Part shown: in pieces, positions 37,826 through 47,318 of the stretch | Position numbering within the stretch: position 1 is the first letter of the stretch | How the letters are laid out: each line of letters opens with the position of its first letter | Assembly: GCA_947498505.1 (NCBI GenBank) | Contig: CANMKG010000012.1 | Coordinates: 18,924 to 82,923 of the forward strand | Direction: 5' to 3' | From: an uncultured Maribacter sp. | GTDB lineage: Bacteria > Bacteroidota > Bacteroidia > Flavobacteriales > Flavobacteriaceae | DNA length: 64,000 bases | The notes under the pieces: generated by a model | Seen by the model: only the letters and a program-made list of their open reading frames with translations | Databases searched by the model: none | What the model was told of the DNA's origin: nothing | Made by a program: the position numbers and the translations under genes

Positions 37826-38941
37826 TTATACGTTTTCAAAATAGGTGTCAGCATCTTCTGGGTTGTAAGGTTCATTTATCCAGAACAGAGTAATTAATTC
37901 TTCTTCACCTATATTTTTAATGTTATGTGTATACCAAATTGGCATGTCTACATAAGCGGGTTCGTTACCATTTAACTCATAGTTAATAATCTCGTCTGTT
38001 CCTATTTTTCTTAACTGAATTAATGCTTTTCCGCTAATTACAGCAAATCGCTCAGCTTTTCTAGTATGAAAATGATTTCCTCTTGTAATACCAGGAACTG
38101 TTGTAGAAAAAGAAAACTGACCGCTAGTTTCCGTTCTTGCAATTTCAACAAAACTTCCACGTGGGTCAGTGTGTTTTGTGAATTTTACAGGATAATGTTC
38201 GATAGGAACATAGCAACGAAAAGTATTAAAAAGTGCTTTTTCAAATGGGTCTTCTAAACTTGGGAAAACACCACTACCCATATAGTCCTTTTTATATCTG
38301 GTTAGTAAAGCTAATATTTCTGAAACCTTTTTAAAGTGATTAGGGTTTATTTTGATTTCTGAAATCTTTTGTTCATCACTTTTAACAGCCTCGATAAAAA
38401 ATTGCACTAGTTCGTTGATATATATAAGACCAACTTCTCCATCATTTAGTATAGTAGGTTCTTCATTACGAGCTACCTTATGACAGAACGTAGCTACTAC
38501 AGAATTGTAATTTGGTTTGCCAAAAGGTCCAAAAACATTTGGAATCATTAGAGAAGTAAATTGAGCGTTGTTTTTAGAGGCCCAATTTTTAAATTTTTCC
38601 TTTCCTTCTTTTTTGGATTTTCCATAAAGATTATCTTTTTCTTCTTGAGAAGAAGAAGAGAAAATAATGTGAGGATTTACATTAACATTTTCACAACTTA
38701 AAACAAGTTTATCTACTAGCGCTAAATTTGTAGTGTAAATTACATTTTGATCCTCGTGTCTATTCATTGCTGCAAGGTGTACTATTACATCACATTGCTT
38801 AACAAATTCATCCATTTTTGTAGTATCTTCGAAAAAAGATCTCTCAAATGGGATTAATTTTACATTGTCATCTAAGGAAAGGGTAGTGTACAAATGGTTT
38901 CCAACAAAACCGGCCTGACCTGTTATTCCTACTTTTTTCAT
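37826..38941 (-). CDS. fnlB: FnlB/CapF-type bifunctional enzyme (N-terminal SDR reductase plus C-terminal cupin 3-epimerase) of UDP-L-FucNAc synthesis
   Basis: 371 aa. It has N-terminal ITGQAGFVGNHL (Rossmann). The C-terminal cupin is GNHFHTRKAERF...MPIWYTHNIKNIG, matching the known CapF architecture. Confidence 0.8.
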   Translation of the reverse strand: MKKVGITGQAGFVGNHLYTTLSLDDNVKLIPFERSFFEDTTKMDEFVKQCDVIVHLAAMNRHEDQNVIYTTNLALVDKLVLSCENVNVNPHIIFSSSSQEEKDNLYGKSKKEGKEKFKNWASKNNAQFTSLMIPNVFGPFGKPNYNSVVATFCHKVARNEEPTILNDGEVGLIYINELVQFFIEAVKSDEQKISEIKINPNHFKKVSEILALLTRYKKDYMGSGVFPSLEDPFEKALFNTFRCYVPIEHYPVKFTKHTDPRGSFVEIARTETSGQFSFSTTVPGITRGNHFHTRKAERFAVISGKALIQLRKIGTDEIINYELNGNEPAYVDMPIWYTHNIKNIGEEELITLFWINEPYNPEDADTYFENV

Positions 38942-38958
38942 AATATTTTATAATGGTT

Positions 38959-39384
38959 TTACCATTTTGATTTAAAAGTGTCTAAAGAAAACCTAAAATC
39001 ATCATTTTTAGATTGCTCTAAGGTGAAATTTGAGTAAACAATAAGCTCAGAATCACTATCTATTGCTTTAAATGCTGTTGCATATCCTTTAGGAATCGCT
39101 AAAATTTGAAGCTCATTACTTTCTAAAAAAAAGGTTTCTGAAGTTAAATTAGTGCTCGGTTTTTCAAAATTATCAACCTTAACTAAATTAACGGTAAAAC
39201 CTCCCCTTGAGCAATAGAACCATTTTTTTTCGTCCTTATGGGCTTGCCAACCTCTTATAAATTCAGAATCGTTAGGTTGTATTTGATAAAACCTAACGAT
39301 TTCTTTCATGTCAAAAGCGTTAAAAAACAAAAGCTTACCTCTGTTATCTGAAAAGCTACTTCCTTGAATTAAGGTGGTTTTCAT
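38959..39384 (-). CDS. Stand-alone cupin-fold protein (WxcM/FdtA-like or WbuC-like)
   Basis: 141 aa. SDNRGKL...IRGWQAHKDEKKWFYCSRG resembles the FdtA/QdtA R-G-x-H-A-H-K core, but Gln replaces the first His. It lies between fnlA and fnlB and shares 1 nt with the fnlA stop. Confidence 0.55.
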   Translation of the reverse strand: MKTTLIQGSSFSDNRGKLLFFNAFDMKEIVRFYQIQPNDSEFIRGWQAHKDEKKWFYCSRGGFTVNLVKVDNFEKPSTNLTSETFFLESNELQILAIPKGYATAFKAIDSDSELIVYSNFTLEQSKNDDFRFSLDTFKSKW

Positions 39385-40388
39385 TATAGATTTTCTTTTA
39401 TAAAATCTAAATTTAAAAGCGTTTGTTTTAACTCTTCATTTGTTAATTGGGTAGTGTTATGAGAGTGGTAGTCTTCAATAGCACTAATGTCAGTTTCCCC
39501 TTCTGAGAAATAACGCCCATAATTTAAATCACGATTATCAGCAGGAATTCTATAGAATTCTCCCATATCCTCTGCTTTTTGCATTTCTTCACGAGTACAT
39601 AAAGTTTCATAAAGTTTTTCTCCATGCCTAGTACCAATAACTTTGATTTCATTATCGGCTTTAAAGATATTTTTAACGGCTTCTGCCAAATCACCAATAG
39701 TACTTGCTGGGGCTTTATTTACAAACAAATCACCTTGATTACCATGTTCAAAGGCAAACAGTACTAAATCAACTGCATCTTCTAATGACATTAAAAAACG
39801 TGTCATATTTGGGTCAGTAACTGTTAGTGGTGTTTTTTCTTCAATTTGCTTCACAAATAAAGGAATAACGGATCCTCTAGAAGCCATAACATTACCATAC
39901 CTTGTTAAGCACACGGTTGTTTTACTTTCAGGAATGTTTCTAGAAGCTGCTACGGCTACTTTTTCCATTAGTGCTTTACTAATACCCATTGCGTTAATTG
40001 GGTAAGCAGCTTTATCTGTACTTAAACAGATTATTTTTTTTACATCAGCGGCTACAGCGGCATCTATGGTATTTTGAGTTCCAAATACATTTGTTTTTGT
40101 GGCTTCAATAGGGAAGAACTCACATGATGGAACTTGCTTTAATGCTGCAGCATGAAAAACGTAATCTACGCCTATCATTGCTCTTGCTATACTATTATAG
40201 TCGCGAACATCTCCAATATAGAATTTTACCTTTTCGTTTTTTAAGGTGTTACGCATATCATCTTGCTTTTTCTCATCTCTAGAGAAAATGCGAATTTCTT
40301 TAATATCAGTTTGTAAAAAGCGATTTAGAACAGCGTTTCCAAATGATCCTGTACCGCCAGTAATGAGTAGTGTTTTTCCTTTAAACAT
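39384..40388 (-). CDS. fnlA: UDP-N-acetylglucosamine 4,6-dehydratase/5-epimerase (inverting), FnlA/CapE/WbjB type
   Basis: 334 aa starting MFKGKTLLITGGTGSFGNAVL..F......EIRIFSRDEKKQ. It also has STDKA and MGISKAL, as in CapE/FnlA. Confidence 0.88.
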   Translation of the reverse strand: MFKGKTLLITGGTGSFGNAVLNRFLQTDIKEIRIFSRDEKKQDDMRNTLKNEKVKFYIGDVRDYNSIARAMIGVDYVFHAAALKQVPSCEFFPIEATKTNVFGTQNTIDAAVAADVKKIICLSTDKAAYPINAMGISKALMEKVAVAASRNIPESKTTVCLTRYGNVMASRGSVIPLFVKQIEEKTPLTVTDPNMTRFLMSLEDAVDLVLFAFEHGNQGDLFVNKAPASTIGDLAEAVKNIFKADNEIKVIGTRHGEKLYETLCTREEMQKAEDMGEFYRIPADNRDLNYGRYFSEGETDISAIEDYHSHNTTQLTNEELKQTLLNLDFIKENL

Positions 40389-40393
40389 GTTAT

Positions 40394-41467
40394 TTATTTC
40401 TCAGTTAAAAAAAATTGAATTTTGTTTTGAAATTGTTGATAGTCTTCTGCTACTTTATTTAAGAACAAATTACAACCATTAACAAAATCTATTTTAGTGA
40501 AATTTTCTTTATATTCTATTAATTTGTTAGGTAACTCTTCGTATTTATCAACGACAATTCCGAATTTATATTTTTGAATTATTTTTTTTTGTTCAATAGT
40601 CTGATTATTTACTATACATGGAATATTTAAAAGAGCAGATAAATATAACCTATTACTAGTTACTCCATTATTAAACTTATTGTCGCTTATTAAAATATTA
40701 ATAAAGTCAACATTCTTTAGCAGACTTTCTTCTTCTTCTTTTTTATATGAACCATGAAAACCAATATTCGAAATTGAGTTCTCTGTTGAAAACTTTTTTA
40801 GTGATTCTAATGTTGGACCAAACCCAATAAAATTCATATAAAAAGGGTCATTGTTCATTAATTGAGTTACAAATGTTTTGTCAGAATTATAATCTTTAAT
40901 TTGCCCAATTGTGGCAATAGAAATAGTATCCGATTTGAAAAACACTCTATTTGTTTCTTGATTTTTTAACCTTTTCTCTATCAGGTTAATATCTATATTA
41001 TGACTTATAGTGTATTTTTTTTCTTTTGGAAGCCATTTTTTAAAACCATTTGAGGAAATACAGATAGTATTTGCTCCTAAAAGCAATTTTTTAAACCTTG
41101 TTTTAAAAAATGGAATTATTTTAGAGTAGTCTCTTATGTCTACTAAATATTGGTTTTTGTATTTTTTATTTAAAAAACTACTCAATAAAATACCTAGTTG
41201 ACAAGAAAATACTATAATCTTATCGTATTCTTTTTCTGTGGTTTTTTTAATTACAAAATCTCTATACTTAAAAAAACCAGAAAACCTAGAATAGATTGTT
41301 TTCCTGTTTTCATTTTGATTAAATGAGATACAATTTTCTTCTGTAACCCCCGATCTGTTCCAGGTAATTATATCATAAGATACATTAGACTTTTCTAATA
41401 TTTGGGTGTAATATCTTAGATAAGGAGATGTGTAAATGTTATTAGGAAATAGGAGTGCTACACTCAT
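40394..41467 (-). CDS. Putative divergent GT-B-fold glycosyltransferase / capsule biosynthesis protein
   Basis: 357 aa, soluble, in a two-halves layout. Its position in the locus is suggestive, but I could not recognise a clean E-x7-E or DxD signature. Confidence 0.4.
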   Translation of the reverse strand: MSVALLFPNNIYTSPYLRYYTQILEKSNVSYDIITWNRSGVTEENCISFNQNENRKTIYSRFSGFFKYRDFVIKKTTEKEYDKIIVFSCQLGILLSSFLNKKYKNQYLVDIRDYSKIIPFFKTRFKKLLLGANTICISSNGFKKWLPKEKKYTISHNIDINLIEKRLKNQETNRVFFKSDTISIATIGQIKDYNSDKTFVTQLMNNDPFYMNFIGFGPTLESLKKFSTENSISNIGFHGSYKKEEEESLLKNVDFINILISDNKFNNGVTSNRLYLSALLNIPCIVNNQTIEQKKIIQKYKFGIVVDKYEELPNKLIEYKENFTKIDFVNGCNLFLNKVAEDYQQFQNKIQFFLTEK

Positions 41468-41702
41468 TTTTAGGTACTGATTTGTTTGCCCTTTTTTAAA
41501 AATCCAGTCAAAGATATATATTATTTCCGGTTACAAAATAATATTACTACGAATAGCTAAATTAACGGATGTTCTGCAAAATTATTTTGTAATAACAGTT
41601 ATCGCAATTGCCTTTTAAATATTGTATTGAATGATTTTAAAAAATAATTTGAACTATCTTCGCACTGTCTGCTTTTTGCAGATTTTTTTATAAAATTACA
41701 TT

Positions 41703-42470
41703 ATGATTATTATAAATAGTGATGATTTTGGGTTTTCTCCCGAAATCAACAAAGCTACATATATAGCCTTTAAAGAGGGGCTTATCAGTTCTACAACTAC
41801 TTTAGTGAATTTCGAGGAGGGGTTTATTGATGCTCTCAAGTATATTAAAGAAGATAAACTAGATAAAAAGGCAATTGGTATTCATTTAAACTTAACGGAA
41901 GGTATTCCACTGACCGAAAAAATTAAGAAAAATCCTAGATTTTGCGTAGATGGAAAATTTATCAATAAAAGATCCTCAGCAACTGCATTTAAATTAGATG
42001 CTTTTTCAAAAGAATGTGTCTATGAAGAAATTGAAGCTCAGTTAAAACGTTTTATAAGTAAATTTGGTTTTATACCAAGCCATATAGATTCTCATCACCA
42101 TATTCATACTGAATTTTCTATTACAAAATGTATTTTAGATTTAGCTAAAAAATATAAAATAAAGTGTATTAGGTTGGCAAGAAATACAGGAGAAAAGAAT
42201 GATATAAAAAGGGCTATTTATAGAGGGCTTTTAAATGGTTATATGCGGTTAAGAGGGGCTAGGGGTACTGATAAGTTTGGTGGTGTAGAGGATATTATTT
42301 TTTCAGGAATTAAGCCCAATGTTAATTATGAGATTATGGTACACGCTATTCTACCACTTAATGAAGAGAAGTTGGTGGATTTGGATAATCTTGATTTAAG
42401 AGGGAAGTTGGTAAAACTTTTTAAAGGTGAGAACTGGCAAATTAGTAATTATACTGATTTAATAAACTAA
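41703..42470 (+). CDS. YdjC/ChbG/HpnK-family carbohydrate deacetylase
   Basis: 255 aa starting MIIINSDDFGFSPEIN. This matches the family signature (N/A)DDFG.S..(I/V)N with the catalytic Asp. There is also a downstream DSHHHIH metal site. It is the only plus-strand gene inside the minus-strand arm. Confidence 0.75.
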   Translation: MIIINSDDFGFSPEINKATYIAFKEGLISSTTTLVNFEEGFIDALKYIKEDKLDKKAIGIHLNLTEGIPLTEKIKKNPRFCVDGKFINKRSSATAFKLDAFSKECVYEEIEAQLKRFISKFGFIPSHIDSHHHIHTEFSITKCILDLAKKYKIKCIRLARNTGEKNDIKRAIYRGLLNGYMRLRGARGTDKFGGVEDIIFSGIKPNVNYEIMVHAILPLNEEKLVDLDNLDLRGKLVKLFKGENWQISNYTDLIN

Positions 42471-42497
42471 AGGTTTAATCAGTTATGTTAGAATGAT

Positions 42498-43712
42498 TTA
42501 TTTTTTTAATTTGGAGTTATAAAACTCCAAAACGCGTTCTGCTTGTTTTTCATTGTTTTTGTTTTTGATAACAAATTGTTTGGCTTGTTCACCAAATTTG
42601 TGAAGTTCGTCTCGATTAGTGTTTAGTACATTTTCCAGAGTTTTGTGCATACCTTCAACGGTTTCATCATTAAACAAAAACACAAAATCATGATATTCTA
42701 TAGGCATTCCTGCGAGTTTTGTGGTAGCGGTTGGGGTTCCGGATACCATATATTCCATATTTTTCGAAGGAAAAGAATATTTTGTAAACTCTTCTTTGGT
42801 TGGTCTAGGGTTTACGAGTAAAGTTGCTTTAAGTTGGTCTTCAACTACAACGGCGTTTGGAACAATGCCTTTATACATTATTCTGGAATCCTTGTTGGTA
42901 TATTTATGCATATTGGCAACCATTTCTCCAGAACCGTAAATATGCAATCTGGCGTTAGAGTTATTAAGCATTGTAAAAGCGTCTATTAAAGTTTTTACAC
43001 CATACTTTTCGTATAAACCTCCTGCGTATATGACTATTAATTCATCTGCTTTTTTCTCTAAATTATTTATTCGCCCTCTCATTCCACTATCTACCAAACC
43101 TTCCATTATGATATAAGGTTTGTTTTTTGGGTTAACCTTAGGATTCATTTGTTGGGTGAGTAATATATAGCCATCAAACCTTATTAAAACCCAAGAGATT
43201 ATTTTTCTGTATACTAAACTTGTAATTTTAGTGTCTTTCCGAATATTGGTTACCATTAAACCAGGTAAATCCATAACTATAGTAACATTTTTAGTGAATG
43301 TTAACTTACAGGCTAGAGATGAAGCTGTGGCTATTGTAACATATAAAGCATCACATACAACCATTCTTTTTTTTCCAATATTAAATAGAGACCAAAAAAA
43401 GACTTTGAAAAATGTATATAAAAAAACACCTAAATTTTTAACTACTGGAATATTTATAAAGGGAATATAGGTATACTTAATATTATTGAACACCTCTGAT
43501 TTAACATACCAAAGTTTTCTTTTATGATTGGACGGTATAACAGGAATAGAACTAACCGTTTCTATAGTACATTTGTTATTAAGTTTTCCTAATCCTTTGG
43601 TTAGTAAGCCGTGAAATTTTTGATCAGCTTGTTCAGGTTTATTTATTGAGGTGTCAAAAACGTATTTAAATACTTTTTCTGAACAAAGATTACTTACGTA
43701 AAGTATTTTCAT
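42498..43712 (-). CDS. Glycosyltransferase family 4 (GT-B)
   Basis: 404 aa with a C-terminal E-x7-E-like region (FPSKNMEYMVSGTP). Its stop lies 27 nt from the convergent deacetylase stop. Confidence 0.8.
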   Translation of the reverse strand: MKILYVSNLCSEKVFKYVFDTSINKPEQADQKFHGLLTKGLGKLNNKCTIETVSSIPVIPSNHKRKLWYVKSEVFNNIKYTYIPFINIPVVKNLGVFLYTFFKVFFWSLFNIGKKRMVVCDALYVTIATASSLACKLTFTKNVTIVMDLPGLMVTNIRKDTKITSLVYRKIISWVLIRFDGYILLTQQMNPKVNPKNKPYIIMEGLVDSGMRGRINNLEKKADELIVIYAGGLYEKYGVKTLIDAFTMLNNSNARLHIYGSGEMVANMHKYTNKDSRIMYKGIVPNAVVVEDQLKATLLVNPRPTKEEFTKYSFPSKNMEYMVSGTPTATTKLAGMPIEYHDFVFLFNDETVEGMHKTLENVLNTNRDELHKFGEQAKQFVIKNKNNEKQAERVLEFYNSKLKK

Positions 43713-44905
43713 TTTAATTGTTGTAATACAAGGTTTTCATAATACTTATTAATTATTCCTTTAAAAAGACAAAACAGAACAAATAACGAAAAAATTCCTT
43801 CGAAAATTGGTTCTACCATAAATATCATTATAAAAGCTAAAGAATAAATTAATATTAGAACATTCAACGATAACTCTTTTGAATTAGTGCTTATAATTTT
43901 TTTAATTTGAAAAAAAGATTTAATGGTATAAAGTATTAATAAAGTAAAAGAGAGCACTCCTCCAACTCTTAAAACATCAAACCAAAGATTATGAGCATAA
44001 CCAAATTCTTTTAAATTCCACCCTAAAGGTTTTTTGAATAAATATTCTATAGATTTTACCCACCTATCACTACGTCCACCACCACTAGCAATGCTACTGT
44101 TTTTGTCGTTCATTCGATCAGCAAAAGTAGTAAGCCAATCTTGATCAGCATCAAATGAAACATTTTTGAGAAATAAAAATAAAAGAAATCCTATAAACAA
44201 CATCAAGATAACATTTTGCTTAAAAGTTTGCTTTCTGAAAACATAAATGGTTGATATTACGCTTGTGATAAGTGTTATAGCAAGTTGTGTTCGGCTTCCA
44301 ATTCTTAAAACACATATTAAAGAAATAACAAATATTGTAACACTAAGTGCTTTGAAAAAAAAGTTTTTAAAAGCAAATTTACCAATAAGAAGGGCAGGAA
44401 TGCACATGTTAAAGGTTAAGTATGCTCCCATAATAGTAGCAGATACTGTATTTCCATTCCAGAACATTGGAATATTTCTGTCTTTTTGAGTGAAGCCTCC
44501 TTCTAAAAAGTTTAAAAAAACTGAAATTATTGCTGAAAAGGAAAAGAGTATTGTTATGCAAAACACAATGTACATAATTGTTTTAGCGGAACTGGCATTT
44601 TTACTCAGATATTTTCCGGTTAGATATAGAATAGGTGGGGTTATTCCATAAATTACAATAAATTGATTTCCAAGAGATTCGCTTGCTTTAAACGAATAGA
44701 AAGCCGCATATACAAGGGAGAAAATTAATAACAATACAAATTCAGAGTCTAAGTTTTTAAGTATAAAATTCTTTTTTAAGATTATCACAGGAAATAATAA
44801 ATAACCTGCAAAATATCCCAAATTGAATGGGTCAAGAAGATAAATTAATAATAAGGATAGAACAATTAAACCTACAGATTTCAAATATTTAAACATTTGT
44901 TTCAT
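43709..44905 (-). CDS. wzy: O-antigen/capsule repeat-unit polymerase (Wzy, O-antigen ligase-like family)
   Basis: 398 aa with about 10 or more hydrophobic helices and one larger loop containing RIGSRTQ. It overlaps the downstream GT by 4 nt. Confidence 0.7.
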   Translation of the reverse strand: MKQMFKYLKSVGLIVLSLLLIYLLDPFNLGYFAGYLLFPVIILKKNFILKNLDSEFVLLLIFSLVYAAFYSFKASESLGNQFIVIYGITPPILYLTGKYLSKNASSAKTIMYIVFCITILFSFSAIISVFLNFLEGGFTQKDRNIPMFWNGNTVSATIMGAYLTFNMCIPALLIGKFAFKNFFFKALSVTIFVISLICVLRIGSRTQLAITLITSVISTIYVFRKQTFKQNVILMLFIGFLLFLFLKNVSFDADQDWLTTFADRMNDKNSSIASGGGRSDRWVKSIEYLFKKPLGWNLKEFGYAHNLWFDVLRVGGVLSFTLLILYTIKSFFQIKKIISTNSKELSLNVLILIYSLAFIMIFMVEPIFEGIFSLFVLFCLFKGIINKYYENLVLQQLK

Positions 44906-44917
44906 ATTTAAGTATCG

Positions 44918-46180
44918 CTAGTTAGATGCTATAGAATTATAGATTTCTATTGTTTTTTTCATGTTTATGCTTCGGCTATGTCTTTCTTTCCCTATTTTTC
45001 GAGCATTTTCCGAAATATCCAAAGCAAATTTTTCATTAAGAAATATTTTCTTTATTCCTTGAGATAACATTTCAATTTCTTCAAACCGATAAATTATTCC
45101 AGTTTTTTCATTTTCAATCATATCAGGAATTCCTCCTACGTACGATCCAATTGATGGTACACCAAGAATTTGAGCTTCTCCCAAGGAATTCGGGCTATTT
45201 TCAATACTAGAAGGACAAATAAAAAGATGAGACTTAAGGTACTCATTAACCATTTGATCCGCGTTTATGAATCCTAAAAATCTAACATTATCAATTAGAC
45301 CATGTTTTTTAATCAGTTTTTTTATATACGAACCATAGCCACCTAGCCTTAATTTATCTCGTAAAGTTTCTGAATTGGTAATGTCATCTCCAGCTATTTT
45401 AATCTCAATATTAGGAAAATCATTTTTAATTAAAGCAACCGCTTCAATTACTTTGTGTAAGCCTTTTAAGGGGTAACCTGCTTGACTTAAAAATATGCTA
45501 TATTTTTTTGCGTTTTTTAAAGACCATTGTTTTTCAGTATAAAATTCATCTCGGAGAGATTCATTACAAAAATGATATATACAGTTTGGGTTTTTTACTT
45601 TTACATGATCATAATCCCATTTTGTTCTACCAATAATATTTGAAGTCAAGTTTAAATACTGATTCTCAATTTTTTCGCTTCTCTTTTTAAACTTGTTTTT
45701 GGCATTTATGAGTGTGTCCTTTTTAAGGATATCTCTAAAAGTAATGCTTTTGAGTACTTCCTTATTTGTAATACCTCCAAGATAGTGTCTATAAATAACA
45801 CTGGGCAATCCCTGAATGGAAACCACATACTTTAATTCTGGATAAGTTTTTATCAAAGCTAGACCGTGTGCATATTCAACACCGTGAATGTGGACAACAT
45901 CGGGAGCTATTTCTTTGATTATTTTATTCCATTGCTCTTCTAAAGTGATATCATATTCAGAAAAGTGTTTTACTCCCTTTAATAGATAATAGTTAATACC
46001 CTCTATCTTTTTATTAGAACTAGAAAGTTTGGTATTGGTTGTGGCAACAGTAAGTTTTATTCCAGAGTTAGAAATATCTTTGGCAAGCCCATACATCCAT
46101 CCACCAACCACTGGAGGAGGAATGTTTAAATCATTAGAAAAATCTGGGAAAATAGTATTAACAACCCATAATACTTTCAT
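44918..46180 (-). CDS. Glycosyltransferase family 4 (GT-B)
   Basis: 420 aa with an E-x7-E region (PSSIENSPNSLGEAQILGVP). Confidence 0.8.
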   Translation of the reverse strand: MKVLWVVNTIFPDFSNDLNIPPPVVGGWMYGLAKDISNSGIKLTVATTNTKLSSSNKKIEGINYYLLKGVKHFSEYDITLEEQWNKIIKEIAPDVVHIHGVEYAHGLALIKTYPELKYVVSIQGLPSVIYRHYLGGITNKEVLKSITFRDILKKDTLINAKNKFKKRSEKIENQYLNLTSNIIGRTKWDYDHVKVKNPNCIYHFCNESLRDEFYTEKQWSLKNAKKYSIFLSQAGYPLKGLHKVIEAVALIKNDFPNIEIKIAGDDITNSETLRDKLRLGGYGSYIKKLIKKHGLIDNVRFLGFINADQMVNEYLKSHLFICPSSIENSPNSLGEAQILGVPSIGSYVGGIPDMIENEKTGIIYRFEEIEMLSQGIKKIFLNEKFALDISENARKIGKERHSRSINMKKTIEIYNSIASN

Positions 46181-46182
46181 AA

Positions 46183-47295
46183 CTAGTTTTTTATAAGTTC
46201 TTTTAATATCTGAATTTGATACTCAGGATTATATTTATCATCAATTATTTTAATCGCTTCTTTTTGAACAATATTGCGACCATCCAAGTCTAGTGAAGCC
46301 CAATAGCTAATTTTTTGTTTTAAATCATCTAAGTCGTTTTCCTTGAAAAAGTCTCCAGTAACGCCTTTTTTGATTACCTCAAATTCAGGCATTTGTTTAT
46401 GGAAATTATCATTCGTAACAATGGGTAGTCCATAGGTTGCTGCATGAAGGGCTGTGAGTCCAATAGGACCAGGAGAAACGCATAAGTCAGCATTATAGAG
46501 TAGATTGCCTATTTCAGACTCATTGTAACAAGGCCCGTAAAACCATACATTTTCTTTTAAATTGTAGTTGTCAACTAGTTTAGGTATATCATTATTTTCA
46601 ACATCTGAACCAATTAAAACAAGATTAAAAAAAATGTTAGCCTCTTTTAGTTCTGCAATTGCTTTTATTAAGAGGTCTATTTTTTTTGTTTTTTGAATTC
46701 TGCCGATGTATAGTAGAACAGGTGATTCATTTTTAAAATGGTTTTTGTACAGGGCGTTTTTTTTAAGAGTAGCCCTAATTTTTATTTGGTTTGAGTAATC
46801 TAATGAATTGTAAATAGGGATTAACTTACTTTTTTTAAAACCTTTTTTAACCATTAAACCCTTGGAGAATTCACCATATAGAAGAAGCTTGTTACATAAT
46901 CTATAAAAGTTAGTAGCTATGTATTTACTAGCAGTACTTGTTTCATCTCTTAGTCCATGAGTCCAGGCATAAACTTTTTTACCAAATATAAGTGCAAATA
47001 AAAGTAACATCCAATTGGACAAGGAACCAGGAGACCCTGTAATAATATAGTACTTGTAAGGTTTAAAAATAAGTTTCCAAGCCCCTTTTTGCCACTCAAA
47101 ACCAGTATTCGGGATTTTAATATTTTTTAGAATTTTTTTAAATCCTTCTAGAGATTCGTAATCCATTAATTTTATTTTGGTCTCTACTTTATCTCCAAAA
47201 TAAAAATCACAGTCTAGCTCTTTATCCATTTGTCTAAAAATGGGTTCTCTATAATGAGGTGCAAGATTGAAAATGCAACAAACTTTTTTTTTCAT
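46183..47295 (-). CDS. Glycosyltransferase family 4-like (GT-B)
   Basis: 370 aa with a C-terminal GT-B Rossmann half (YIGRIQKTKKIDLL, LVLIGS, GLTALHAATYGLP). Confidence 0.75.
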   Translation of the reverse strand: MKKKVCCIFNLAPHYREPIFRQMDKELDCDFYFGDKVETKIKLMDYESLEGFKKILKNIKIPNTGFEWQKGAWKLIFKPYKYYIITGSPGSLSNWMLLLFALIFGKKVYAWTHGLRDETSTASKYIATNFYRLCNKLLLYGEFSKGLMVKKGFKKSKLIPIYNSLDYSNQIKIRATLKKNALYKNHFKNESPVLLYIGRIQKTKKIDLLIKAIAELKEANIFFNLVLIGSDVENNDIPKLVDNYNLKENVWFYGPCYNESEIGNLLYNADLCVSPGPIGLTALHAATYGLPIVTNDNFHKQMPEFEVIKKGVTGDFFKENDLDDLKQKISYWASLDLDGRNIVQKEAIKIIDDKYNPEYQIQILKELIKN

Positions 47296-47318
47296 TTATT
47301 TTTTATAAATCTCCTTGC

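Noticed and set aside
41671-41697. A small hairpin TCTGC-TTTTT-GCAGA followed by T7, just upstream of the ydjC/chbG-like start. It could be an attenuator.
   Set aside because: The stem is only 5 bp, and the context is AT-rich, where such structures arise by chance. No upstream plus-strand gene or leader peptide is visible. It is recorded only as context for the deacetylase finding.
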